Assembly (NCBI GenBank): GCA_021613535.1
Contig: CP075494.1
Location: forward strand, 6,820,001 to 6,884,000
Reading direction: 5' to 3'
DNA length: 64,000 nt
DNA from: Adineta vaga
Taxonomy: Eukaryota > Animalia > Rotifera
The notes beneath the pieces are model-generated. The model was not told the origin of the DNA. It was given only the letters and a program-made list of their open reading frames with translations, and did no database searches. Position 1 is the stretch's first letter. Each line of letters opens with the position of its first letter. Of this stretch, positions 42,491 through 55,665 are shown piece by piece. Position numbers and translations under genes: made by a program.

Positions 42491-45400
42491 ATGTATACAA
42501 AATTTAATCCAACTAATATGCAAATTAAAACATGGTCTGTACAACGAACATTGGATCCATTGATAGCAGAGGTTAGTTATTTGTTCCGACTAATGATTTT
42601 TTTAATTACAATAATAACGTACTTCTCAATTCGAATGAGTAATCAATTTTAGAGAGACTGTCCCATCTATTCATTAGTTGATTGAGAAAACTTTCAGATA
42701 CCTCGATTTATCTGACGGTCTCATTCCATTCATGTCAGGTACTTGATCTATAATTGTATTTTTTCTTTCAGTAAATTACGAATATTTATCAAAGGTCTAT
42801 CAAACATTTTCTAGAGATAACTGTTTTTTATAGGTCGGTTCGTTGGTCTCTGAACAACCATCAGCTATGAAAAAAGGTCGCTCAAAACGAGCCTATCTTT
42901 TAGTGGAGAATGTTATTCAAGCAACGGGAAATTTCATTCATAAAGCCGATGAAATTGTTCATGAAAATCCTGAAATGAGAAATGAATTAATTGAAAGTAT
43001 GAATGAAGTGAAACGAACAGGTAAAAGAATTTTGATTTCATTGCATTTTTGACAGCTTTTTTTTAATGTTATAGGTGATGAAATGGCGGCTTTATCGAAA
43101 GAATTTGCTGATGATCCGTGTTCGAAATCGAAACGTGAAAAAATGATTATTGCTGCTCGTGCTTTACTTTCCTCTGTTACTCGTTTATTAATGTTAGCTG
43201 ATTATGTTGATGTACAACTTATTCTAAAATCGATTCGTTTAGTATGTATACTTGATTATGTATTCAATTGATTTCGATGTATTTTATTTGGTTTTAAGGT
43301 TGAGAATGATTTACAACAAATTCATAATGCAGCTAATCAAGAAGAATTAATTCAATTTTATAAACAATATGGCAAAGATATTAGTACTTTAAGTTATCAT
43401 GCTCAACGACGACAACAAGTAGATTCATATGAAATGTTTCAAGTTTAACTAATGAATTTTGTTTCAATAGGATTTAGTTGATCGTAATGAACAAGAAGCT
43501 TTAGCAGCTGCACGTGCAACAATAAAACGTTCGTCAATGATGTTATTAACTTCAGCTAAAACATATTTACGTCATCCGGAAATACCTTCATCACGTGAAA
43601 ATCGTGATTTCGTTTATAATCAATTACGTGACGCTGTCAATACGATTTCTTCCATAACTCAAGGTCATTCGGAAATCCTTCAACAAGATGCTGCATTGAA
43701 TACAGTTGGAGATTTAACTCGAGCATTGAATGAATTTGATGTAAAATAGTTCGATGTCATGACAAAACATGAAGTAGATCGATTTGTTTTTGTTTATTTT
43801 AGCGAGTAGTAATGATAAAACCACAGAAATTCAATGAACAAATGGTTCGACCACAACTCGAAGAACATCTCGAAAGTATTATTTCAGGTGCTGCTTTACT
43901 AGCAGATTCGTTGTCAACACGAGAAGAACGTCGAGAACGAATTGTTCAAGAATGTAATGCAGTTCGACAAGCTTTACAAGAATTACTTGATGAATATATT
44001 CGATATGTAAGAATAAATTAAAAATATTTCATATGGCATAGAAAATTTCTATTTGTTTGATTTAGTCGAAAAAGAAAAGTTCTGAAGAAAATGTAAATGA
44101 AAAAATTCAATCAATGCAAACGAAAACTCGTGATCTACGAAAACAGGTAAATGAACTATGAAGAGTGCGCCTTTGCGGTGAGAAAGAAAGAATGAGAAAA
44201 AAAAATCTATGAGAGTAGTCTATTCATCTCTTTATACTTTTTAATTGATGACGAGTAGACAGACTAAAATGTCAATATGCATATTGTCATTATCGTTATC
44301 ATCTTTATGATCATCATACGTCAATGATAGGCGACGATTGAGTAATTCATTATGCATCTCTCTTCGGTCGAAATCGTTTGAACATTAAACGAATAGGAGG
44401 AGTTCATTGAAAAATGTATGTCTATCTATGTGATACGTTTCCCAGTCCTACACAAAAGAGTACCAGTATTCGAATGTGTCGAGAGTTATCATCCTCACCA
44501 TCATCATTGGAATCGATTGAATGTTCGTTTTTAACACCAACACGAGTGAAAAACATATCGGTAGATGATGTTTTGAACTTCTTTTTTACTTTGAATTTTC
44601 TTCTGTTCTTTAGCTTCGAAAAGCAGCCGTCGATCATGTTAGTGATACATTCGTAGCTACAAATATTCCACTTGCTGCTTTGATCGATGCAGCACGACGT
44701 GGTAATATTCAATTGGTGGAAGAAACGGCACATGTTTTTATGGAACATGCAACTAAATTGATTGAAGTATGATTGAAAAAGTACATTCTTTCATATACAT
44801 ATATATATATATATGAAAATCTTCTTTCAGGTAGCAAATATCGTCTGTTCAATGTCAGATTCTATTGAAGGAATAAAATTAGTTCGTCTAGCTGCGAAAC
44901 ATATCGAAACTCTCTCACCACAGGTAATTAGTGCAGCACGAATTCTTGCTGCTCGTTCAACATCGAAAGTTGCTCAAGAAAATCTCGATGTTTTTCGTGA
45001 AACATGGGAAAAACATGTTCGTTTACTCACTGAAGCCGTGGATGAAATAACAACAATTGAAGATTTTCTTGCAATTTCGGAAAATCATATCCTTGAAGAT
45101 ATTAATTCGTGTATTCAAGCAATGGTTGAACAAAATGCTGATCGTATGTGAAATCGACATTGATGAAAGAGAAATTGAAGTAAAATTTATGCTTGATTTA
45201 GGTGTTGATCGAACTGCAGGTGCAATTCGTGGACGAGCTGATCGGGTTATTGATGTTGTTGCTGCTGAAATGGATAAATATGAACCTGGAGAATATACAG
45301 AAACTGTTCTCGAAAGTATTCGTATCCTTCGAGATCAAAGTAAAGACAAAATGTTTTGTCCTTATGTTCATCCAAAAGAATTTCTCTTTTTCTTTAAGTA

Positions 45401-46778
45401 ATGCCAAGTTTTGCTGAAAGAATTAAAATATCAATTGAAATTCTTCGAATGAAATCAGCACAGGATGACCGCAAAGTAATCAATAATAGATTAATTTTGT
45501 TCGAAATGAAATTTGTACTTTGATTTTCAGTATGAATTAAGTGAACAAGAACTTATCGAAGCTTCAAGCAATGTCTATCATGGTATTCGAGATATTCGAA
45601 ATAGTATCTTAATGAATCCGGTAAGTTGTATCAGATAAAGTGATGCAAATCTATATTTGATGATTTTGAATAGGATCTTGAATGGCCAAGTGATGATGAA
45701 GAAGGATTCAATGATGAAATCTATGCTCAATCTCAAGCGTCAAGTCATGGACCATCAGTAGATAGTCAACAAACGGATACGGAAATGTATCCAGGCAAAA
45801 ATGATAATCCTAGTCGAGTATGATTAAAAATTGTTTTCTATCTTTTTAATTTATGATTAACTGTTTGAAAAAAAAGGATATGATGAGACGATTACCGAAA
45901 GAAGAACGTGAACAAATTGAACTGCAAGTTGAAGGTTTTAAAAAAACTAAACGTGATTTTGAACGTGAAGTTCTTAAATGGGATGATCGTGGTAATGATA
46001 TAATTGTTCTTGCGAAAAAAATGTGTATGATTATGATGGAAATGACGGATTTTACTCGGTAAGTTCTTTGTCAGAAAAGTTTAAGTTTTGATTCGATTGT
46101 TTGATTTTTAGCGGTCGTGGACCATTACGTACAACAATGGATGTTATTCATGCTGCAAAAATGATCTCGGAATGTGGATCTAAATTAAATAAATTAGCTA
46201 AAGATATAGCTGCACAATGCGTTGAATCTCAATCAAAATCTGATCTTGCTGCTTATGTTGATCGTAAATCAAATCTTTTTATCTTTTGCAATCATGTTCG
46301 TCTTGTTTTCCATAGGTATTACTCTCTATTGCCATCAATTAGATATTACAAGTAAAGTTAAAGCTGATGTTCAGAATATTAGTGGAGAATTAATCGTTAG
46401 CGGAGTAAGTTATTCAAATTTTATACATTTCATTTCATTGAATTGTTTCGTTTCGTTTAGCTCGATAGTGCTACTTCATTGATTACGGCAGCAAAAAATT
46501 TGATGGCTGCTGTTGTACTTACTGTCAAAGCATCATATATTGCTTCAACAAAATATCGTAATAAATCAGGAAATAAGGAGGTAATGTTTTTATTAATTGT
46601 TTTGCATTGATTATTTGTTTTTTTCTTATAGCCAATTGTTCAATGGAAAATGCGTTTACCTGAAAAGAAACCATTAGTTTTAACGGATCGTCAGAATGAT
46701 TCAGATATGCGAGTGAGAAAAGGTGCGACCAAAAAACGACTTGAACCATTACATGTTCTAAGTCAATTTCAAAATTAA
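42491..46778 (+). CDS. CTNNA: Alpha-catenin
   Basis: IKTWSVQRTLDPLI; AARALLSSVTRLLMLAD; LEEHLESIISGAALLAD; TRDLRKQ|LRKAAVDHVSD; KWDDRGNDIIVLAKKMCMIMMEMTDFTRGRGPL; WKMRLPEKKPL. Confidence 0.96.
44414..44560 (+). other. Putative alternative first coding exon of alpha-catenin (49 codons)
   Basis: ATG at 44414 with an in-frame TGA two codons upstream; open 147 nt; GT donor at 44561; 53-nt intron to the phase-0 acceptor of the LRKAAVDH exon. Confidence 0.6.
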
Positions 46779-47819
46779 AATGTCTGATCGCAATTGAAAT
46801 TTATATACATATATTCAATCATCTTCTTTTTATACGTCTTCCTTATCTTATGAGAATTCTGTTTTTCTTTCTTTTGATATGACTTCCACTTTTTTGTGAA
46901 AAAAAATGTAGACTTCCAATTTCTTCTTCTTCTTACATAATGTGCATTAGTCTTCTTCTTCTTCTTTAATCTTATTGCTTCAATTTATGAATTAAAACTT
47001 TCTACTATTAATATAATCATATATTTGCCATAGCAAAATAAAACATATATTACTATCTTCACTATTCCTTGTTATACATCATCGAAACATCGCTTCAATG
47101 ATAATCGCTAGTGTAGCAATTTCGTTGTAATAGTTAAATCAAGAAGAAGTCTCTCTGTACCATATTCCTTGGTTGTTAATTAAATCTGTTAGATTGATTA
47201 GATTGATATGTCATTTCAATGTTGGTCGACGATGGCTAAATTTCATTTTGAATGATATGATCGTGAGTGTACATTTATGTGTCATATCTAATGAATAAGG
47301 ATGATTAATATGAATATTTTCAGATGTTATGTTCGAATTGAATTTAATAATGAATAGATTAAATGTAAACATATATCTTTGTTGTTGTTGACTTGATTGC
47401 TGTGAAGGTGTGAATGTTGATGTGACAAGAATACGATATTGTACTTGAAATATTCGTGTGTACAGTTCGATACGTTATATCGTTAACTAGAACGAATTAT
47501 CGAAGGAATAGTTAGTTGACAAAGTGTACAGAGAAAAACGAAAATAATAGAATTCATTAGAAGCTGATGGTATTCAAAGTGATGTCAACAGGAAAGTGTT
47601 GTTCCTCAAAACGCGAGATCAATGTGCGTAAGTAAAATATGACGCACGATGATTTCTTTGGCTACACAAAGTTGCATGTCATCAATATAAATCTGGATTT
47701 TTATAAAGAGGCATATCAACATACAATTTCAATGCTTATATATATTAGAAATTCTAAATTTAAAAAATATATCATACTTTACTATAAAGTAAGCTGAGAG
47801 CCGAACAGAATATTAATCA

Positions 47820-49441
47820 ATGAACTCCTCTTGTGATACAGCGAAAATGAAACAATTCTACACTGACTCAGACGATGATGTTACGCAGAGATGTTTCAAT
47901 CTTCAAAAAACACAAAACGTAAATTTGATCTGGTTAGATAGTTATAGCATAAATCGTGAAAATGCAACTATACGGCTCCAACAGATTGTTAACACAGTTA
48001 ATTATTTTGATGATAGTGATGAATGTGTCGATTTTATTGAAATTATTACTGATAATAACGTTTGTATGATCATTTCGGCTTCTCTTGACCAAAATATTTT
48101 GCCTTGTATTCATGACAAACCGAAAATGAATTCTATTTTAATTTTCGGTGAGAGCATAATAAATGACAAAAAATCAATCAGAGAATGGTCAAAAGTAAAG
48201 AGCAATTTCATAGAACTACCTCTACTCCGTGAAGCTCTAAAGAACATAACTCGTCCAAATGAGCAAAACGCTATATCAATGAGTTTTGTGGCACCCGATG
48301 AAGAATTAGATAAACTAGATCCGGCATTTGTGTATACACAGATCATAAAGCAAATTCTTCTAACTATAGAGTTCGAAGAGAAACGTATCAAGCAATACAT
48401 AGATTATTGTCGAGATACATTTGTTGACAACGCACAACCTTTAGAACATGTCCGACAATTCGAACATGAGTACTATCAGACAACACCTATCCGGTGGTAC
48501 AGTTCTGAGATTTTTCTGCATACGATGCTGAATCGTGCATTACGAGTAATGGATGGAAGTATCTCAGCTGACATGGGATTGTTTTATTGATGATCTGCAT
48601 CGACAAATTGAACAACTATATAAAGAACAATAAAGTGATAACAATTTGGCTCAGCCTTTCACAGTCTATCGTGGTCAAGGTTTATCTAAGACAAATTTTA
48701 ATCAACTTATAAAATCAAAAGGCGGACTGATTTTATTTAATAACTTTTTATCAACTAGTCGCGATCGCCAGGTATCCGCTGCCTTTGCTGAAAGTAACTC
48801 GCCGATACCCAATTCAGTTGCACTTCTTTTCATCGTGCTAATAGACCCTGTATAATCAACAACACCATTCGCATCTATCATCAAACTTAGTTATTCAAAA
48901 ACCGACGAGGAAGTTCTGTTTTCCATGCACGCTGTATTTCGCATTCATGAGATAAAATTAATGAATGAACATAGTCCAGTCTATGAAGTTAATTTATCAA
49001 TTGCCAATGATACTGATGAATCACATAAAAGCAGAGAGACACTCAAACTATGACGGATGGTACAGATTAAGTGAATTACTAATAAAGATTCATCATCCGA
49101 GCAAAGCGGAAGACATATAAATCGTTACTTAGTCAAGCAAAACACGATCAGAGAGGTCATGGATTTATACTGGATTTGCTCACATAAGACATTTTCAAGG
49201 AATACATCTAGAAGAAATAGCATTTGAAAAAAAATCACTTCCCTCCAATCATCCTGATTTGGCTGCATCCTACAACAACATCGGTTCGATACACCGGGAC
49301 ATCCATGATTACTCGAGTGCACTGTCCTGTTACGAAAAGTCGCTAACAATTAAGCAGCAATCACTTCCACCCAGCCATTCTGATTTGACTATCTTGTATA
49401 TCATAATTGGTGTACTTTGTGCGAAGATGCGTGCCTATTGA
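47820..49441 (+). pseudogene. Disrupted, intronless ADP-ribosyltransferase (R-S-E type) + TPR gene
   Basis: TVYRGQGL, FNNFLSTSRDRQVS, DEEVLFSMHAVFRI; TPR HPDLAASYNNIG..ALSCYEKSL; frameshift at ~48580-48590; in-frame TAA at 48631 and 48853; further lesions downstream. Confidence 0.85.
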
Positions 49442-50491
49442 AAACGCAGATTTCATTTGGGAACAATTATATCCTTCGGATGATTCGATATTTGCTATGA
49501 CGTATGGTCAGTTAGGTAGAGTTCATTGGAAAGTAGATAAATATGGAAAAATGCGCATGTATTCTCCGATGGTTGGAAGTGCTGAAGAAAAATGTTCTCT
49601 GTTGAAGCATGTTTGCTTGTAGATGGTAGTGAACTCCAAAGCAAAAGGTTGTATAAATGTGTACTGTCGATTCAATGAAATAAATAAAAGTGAATAGGAA
49701 AAGCAAAGGTATATGCAGTTGTACATACGAAGGTATTTTCTTATTGTTGAGAGTAAAGGAAGAATGTTGATAATGTTTCAACTTACGAATGAAATTTGAC
49801 TGATGGATCGATCATATTTTAGAAGATAAGAAACAGTTTGGTTTCATCATAACTAATGCTATAGTTAATATTGTGGTTGAAAAGTATATAGTAGCATGAC
49901 GTCTCAATGAACATTGTAATTAAGCTAACAAACGACAATATATGAAAAACAGGAAATAGGCTAAGTTTCTCCAAAGTTCATATATCCGAAGCGTGATCTT
50001 ACATATGAAGTATGAAGGATGTAGTATAAAATTTTGGAGCCACATACCGCAATGGAAAATAGATATGGAATCTCTAAGAAAACTAACATTTTCATGGAAG
50101 TTATATAATCGAGTATAAACTTTATTTTTCATCGTTTTGGAAAGCTGTCATCCGATTGAGTGCAAATGCAGTGCAGCAATGACGAAATTAACGACATTCA
50201 TGACATTTTCACGGTTATATATACATGTATATATATATATATATGTACAACTTGAGATGAAAAGTTTTTAACAGTAATCAAATATATTTAGAATTATGCT
50301 TCATATTAGTTTCGAGTATGCATAGACTCACAGCTATACTCCCGTCGCTAATATGTCTTCATAATTCAGTGTTTATGTAAAAATCATCAAAACATTATTA
50401 TCATTATTATTATTCATTGAAAAGAAACAAATTGTCATTAAAAGCAACTACATTTTGTAACAAATTTGATTAGCATCGAAAAAATTGCTAT

Positions 50492-52806
50492 TTATTCACC
50501 CTAAAAAAGAAATGGAAGAGAATTCTAAATTCAATCTGACTTCAACATGAATTGTCTTACCTGAGCAGTTTGTGCATTACCAAAATTGATATAATCTTTT
50601 CTTGTTGCTGCTCGATATTCATCCATCAGTTGTTGTACAACCTAAACATCAGATAATTTCATCATCGTCAGCTCTTCGAAAACAATCTCAATGATCTATT
50701 TACTTCACGTGCATCATTAAATTCATCAAGATTATCTTTGAACATTGGTAAACGACGAAAATTTTCCACGAAAGCTTCACGTTTAATTAATTTATCATAG
50801 TGATCACACATTCGATCGAATAACTATTAAATAATCAAAAAAATTTTCATATAATTCCTAAATCCCTATTAATTACATACGGATGAAATGCCTGTATGAT
50901 TAGCAAGCATCAATCCACTAACACGATGTTGTGTTGTAACATACGGTGATTTTTTGGATAAAGCAACTTGAATTGATGCTGGACCCCATGGAATAAATTC
51001 AGCTAATTTACGTTCACGAATACGCATTAAACTTTTATGAACCTAATTTAAATTTTCGTGATAATATTAAATAACTAAAAACTAAAATAACTTACTTCCG
51101 ATGGATCAACTTCACCTTGAATTATATTCAAAATTGAAACATAACAATGAGTGATATTCTTATCACGTGATGCTGTCGTAACCATAGCATTTTTTGGTTG
51201 TAATAAACGACGCATGACATCAAGTACCGTAGTTTTACGTACTTCAGATTCCTATTTTATTTATAGATAATTTCATCGTTTGTCGATTCAATTTTTGAAT
51301 CTTACCGTATTCTCAGATGTTAATGGTGTATAAGCGGATATAAGAAAATGTAAACGAGGTGTTGGAATTAATGATGATATCAGACTTATTAAATCATTAT
51401 TCATATAACCTGGATAACGAAGTGTTGATGTACTACCAGACATTATTGTTGATACCTATAATGAAAGGTTTGTTTTTATAATAGAATAGTATAGAAATAT
51501 TATTTGAAAAAATTACTAATTGATTAAGTTCAGCTAATGTTGGTGTTGCCTTTTTCAGACGTTCAGTTGCAATTCGATTGAGTGCAGTATTATCCAAGAC
51601 AACCTTTTTTTGTTGTTATTGAAAGAAAGAGTAGAGAAATTTGAACTGATTTTCTTCGTCAAGATTTTACTTACAGTACAATCAGCATTTTCAGTTAATC
51701 GTTTCAAAGTTAAAACGGAATTGTATGGTTGAACGACAACATCCGCCTATTCAAAGAAAAGAAATCCTCGATGACATGATTCTATCAATTGAGAAGAATT
51801 CAACTAATTTTGGCATTGATTACTACTCTCAATAGACTCCAGATGAAAATCAATGCGACATTCGTTATGCCATTATGTAATTACAAAAGAATGTCGAATA
51901 TGACCTTGCTTTATGATATATATCATAAACAGAACTGATAACGATGATCTCAAAGCGTTTTGATTGGAAAATAGTATTATCATATTTACCACTTCATTGG
52001 TCATTGGAAAAACAGAATAGGTTTGAATTAATTTTTTAGGAAACCGATCATTGAGTTTTTCAAGAATATTACTACCCATTCCTGATCCAGTACCTCCAGC
52101 AATCGAATGACAAAGAACAAAACCCTATATAAATTTAGAGAGAAATGATTATTATTATTATTAAAAACTAACTTCAAGAGAATCACCATTCTCAGCTTCA
52201 CGATCAATAATATCGAATATGTCTTCTGTTAATTTATCACCTTGATGATAACCTTGTGCCCAATTATTACCTATTCAATATCATTATAACATTTAAACTT
52301 ATTTTTCTTAATAGACAACCTACCAGCTCCTCCACCATCTTTTGAAATATAAACATTTTCAGCATTATATAAATGTTTATACGGTGATTTAAGAATTCCA
52401 TCAATTACACGAGGTTCAAGATCGAGTAAAACAGCCCGTGGAATGTAATGTTGATCATCGGCCTATAAGATCAATGAAAGTATTCTTGTATATTTTATTT
52501 CGCTTCTAAAACTAACTTGATAGAAAAAAACATCTTTACGATCAGAACCTTCTTTTGCAAAGGGTTCTAATTTGCCTTCAGGACTTATTCCATGTTCGGC
52601 ACATAATTGTTTCCAAAATTCCATACCAACTAAAAAGAATACATCGAGAAATTATATCTGTTTAAGAACTAAAATCCAACTCTACAAATCTAATAAACAT
52701 CTGCTTAAACATGTCTACAAAGATAAACTATGATTTCTACATGAAACTAATACTTACTTTGATTGCCACATTGTCCCAATTGTAATGTGATAATTTCACT
52801 AGGCAT
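50492..52806 (-). CDS. TUBG: Gamma-tubulin
   Basis: [16 protein letters not shown]; [11 protein letters not shown]; GGGAGNNWA; [10 protein letters not shown]; [17 protein letters not shown]; [14 protein letters not shown]. Confidence 0.97.
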
Positions 52807-53524
52807 AAGTGTTTTCTTTTTTTTGATACTTTCTCTTTCAAAACAAAAAATCAAAATCTTCAAACAAAAGACAACAAAAGTAATAACTGCAAAATCTTTT
52901 TAGTATGTTAGTTTGTTAACTTAATTTCCAGAAAAAAGAAGAAAGCGAAGTAAGACAACACAACAATGCTTAAATAAAGAGAATAGAGAAACCTTTGATA
53001 GATTCATTCGATTGTTTTTTCTCAAACGATATAAAGAAGTTTCTTTCTAAGATAAACATGAATACACAAAGAAAAAGAATTATCAATCAGGAAGGATTCG
53101 TGAAGAACATGACAGAAACTTGTTCATAGTTGTTGTTTTCTTTATAAGTGATGTGGCTTTTCATGACTTATTCTTGTTTGACTTATACGCAGACACACAC
53201 ACACACGCAGAGAGAGAGAGAGAGAGTTAGACACAATACATTGATTATATTGGACAAAGAGAAAGAAATGAACAGTTGAACATGAAAGGAAAGGTTGATA
53301 AAGCGCATTTTAGTAGAAAAGAAAAGATCTTGTCGAATTACACACACCGGAACACGAAGAGAAGAGAAAAATCTAACATTTACTTTTCCTATTCAAAAAG
53401 GTTAGAATTAAACATGTGCGCTTGAAAAAGAAAATATTCGTATTAAAGGTTAGTTTGTATGTGTGTGTGTCTATATAAGAGTATTAGTGTTTGGTTTTTT
53501 TTGTGTTAATATGTATTGTTTATT

Positions 53525-55119
53525 TTAATTGCTACATGAAAAGAAAAAATAACCGAGTGAAAAGCCAAATAATAATGCGATAACAAAAGCCACAAGAACA
53601 AGTTGTTCAGTTAAAGCGATTCCGAAAAGAACGAGACCATTTTGTTTTTGGTTGGATTTCGATCGATCAGTTGAAGTCTGGCCACCTGTTGTCCTTTGTC
53701 GAAGACCACCGTCGAGTTGTTTAAGTTTTTCCTAAGAATTTCAATGAATATTTAAAAAAAGATCAACGAAAGTAACCATTTCATACTCTCAAAGATTCAT
53801 TTTCGCTCTTCAAACGATCAATATCTTGTTGTTTGGGACGTGATTTATTGGTATCATCACCGACATCCTAGAAAATATTCGAATATTAAATCGTAAGTTT
53901 TAATATTTCAATGTTGTGCAGTTAAAAAACGGTTAAGCAAAAGAATCAAAGCAACTCGAACGAAAAAATATATATTTGATTTTTTTGTCTGTGAGAGAGA
54001 ACCTGTTGTCGATCTTGACTTTGAGATTGAACAGAATTTGTTGTACGTGAAACAATTGGAGATAAACTTTGATTGGAAACTGTTGTTGATGCTGCTGGTT
54101 GTGGACGACTGTCGACTACATGCGTTGAATCAGCCTAAACGCGCAGGATTATTTAAGCAAGCAAGCAATTTTGTTTGCAATTAATCAAAGAAAAAGAAGC
54201 AAACAAAAGGGAAAATTCATGCAAAATACTTACGCTACGTGCTGTAAGCTAAAATCAACGAAAAAACAAAGATTTAAAACTTGACTAATTACTCCTACAC
54301 AACTATTAATTGATGTGTCCTCGAACGCATCATGTCAATGTATTTTCTCATTATCATACAGGCAAATACGTATCATAACCGATGAGAAAAGAAACCAGCC
54401 GTATTAACCGCACAGACTAATATTTCTAATGACAGAACAGAAAGAGAAAAAAAAACTAATTACATCCATCTTATCGATTTGTTTTTTAACTGGATAGCAT
54501 TTGTCTGATTGATATTTAATACTACTTGCTAAACCAAAATATCTCTCGAAACTAACTATCTTGAAAGAAATATTTTCTTGATTACATACTGTATCTGATC
54601 CACGATGATCATGTGAATCATTAGGTACAACTGCAGCGGATTGATCTTCAGCAAAGACACATTTTAATTTTGAATCTTGAACATTTAAACTTTTTAAATC
54701 TTGTTTCCACTAAAACAAAATCATATTGATAATTTCTTTACTTTCATCACAAATTTTCACTTACGAAATTATCTACATCATCCGTGTAACTGCTTGGAAC
54801 TGCAACCCATTGTACCATAAATTTATGTTTAGAACGATCATCAGGTTGACCAGGTGCTTGTGGTTGTAACATAACTAAAATGATGACTATATGCGTTTGA
54901 TTTCTATTTCATTTCTCTACTACCTTGAATGTTTGCAGTTGTATGTGAATCGAGAAAACCACTGTTTGGTTTAACGCAATATCGTTTTGGTGCAGTTGTT
55001 TTTATCTTATAAGCAAGGCGTTCATTTCCATTATTACCTAATTTCAATGTTGTTGTCGAAACCGTAGTAAATGGACCTTTAAAAATAAGATCACTATTCG
55101 GAATGAGTTCAAGTGACAT
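53525..55119 (-). CDS. VAPA: Vesicle-associated membrane protein-associated protein (VAPA/B)
   Basis: MSP domain LIFKGPFT..YKIKTTAPKRYCVKPNSG, KHKFMVQ; coiled coil; C-terminal TM; includes a 15-nt microexon 54234-54248. Confidence 0.92.
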
Positions 55120-55665
55120 ATTCTGTTGGTTCTGTCTGGCAAATAGTGTGTTAATTGATGTTCAATTATCAAATGATAAATAGATTGATTTCGATTTTCA
55201 GTTTTATGATAAGGAAAATATCTAGAAATGTGTTAAATATCAATCAGAGCTTCTATCGCATCATGTCACAAAAAAAAGAGTAAATAATAAATATGTATTA
55301 TATAGATAATCAATCAATCGTTTTGCTTAGAAAAAAAATAGCACATCTATGCACTTTGTAAATGCAAAAGATAAAAATATTTTCATGATATTTGATTTTG
55401 ATAAAAATGAATATTTGGATTTTTTTCAATAAAATCTTTTGTTTTTAATGCTAAAATTATGGAGGAGAGAGAAAGAAAATTTTCTTTTTAAAATTAACGA
55501 AGATGAAAAGAGAGAGAGAGAAAGTTAGACAGTCGAATATAAACAAGAATTTATTTTCTTTGACGATATCAAAAGTCTTTTATTATCATCTCTTTCTAGA
55601 ATAATTCAATATCTCTGATAAAAAGAAGAAGTTTTTATTTAAATTAATTTAATTGAAAAAAAACA

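Noticed and set aside
42699-42740. AG/GT-bounded 41-nt segment in alpha-catenin intron 1
   Set aside because: Not frame-preserving and contains a stop; may be a poison exon but unsupported without RNA data
51748-51990. Long gamma-tubulin intron possibly hiding a microexon
   Set aside because: Flanking exons join in frame (FPMTNEV|ADVVVQPYN) and match the canonical length
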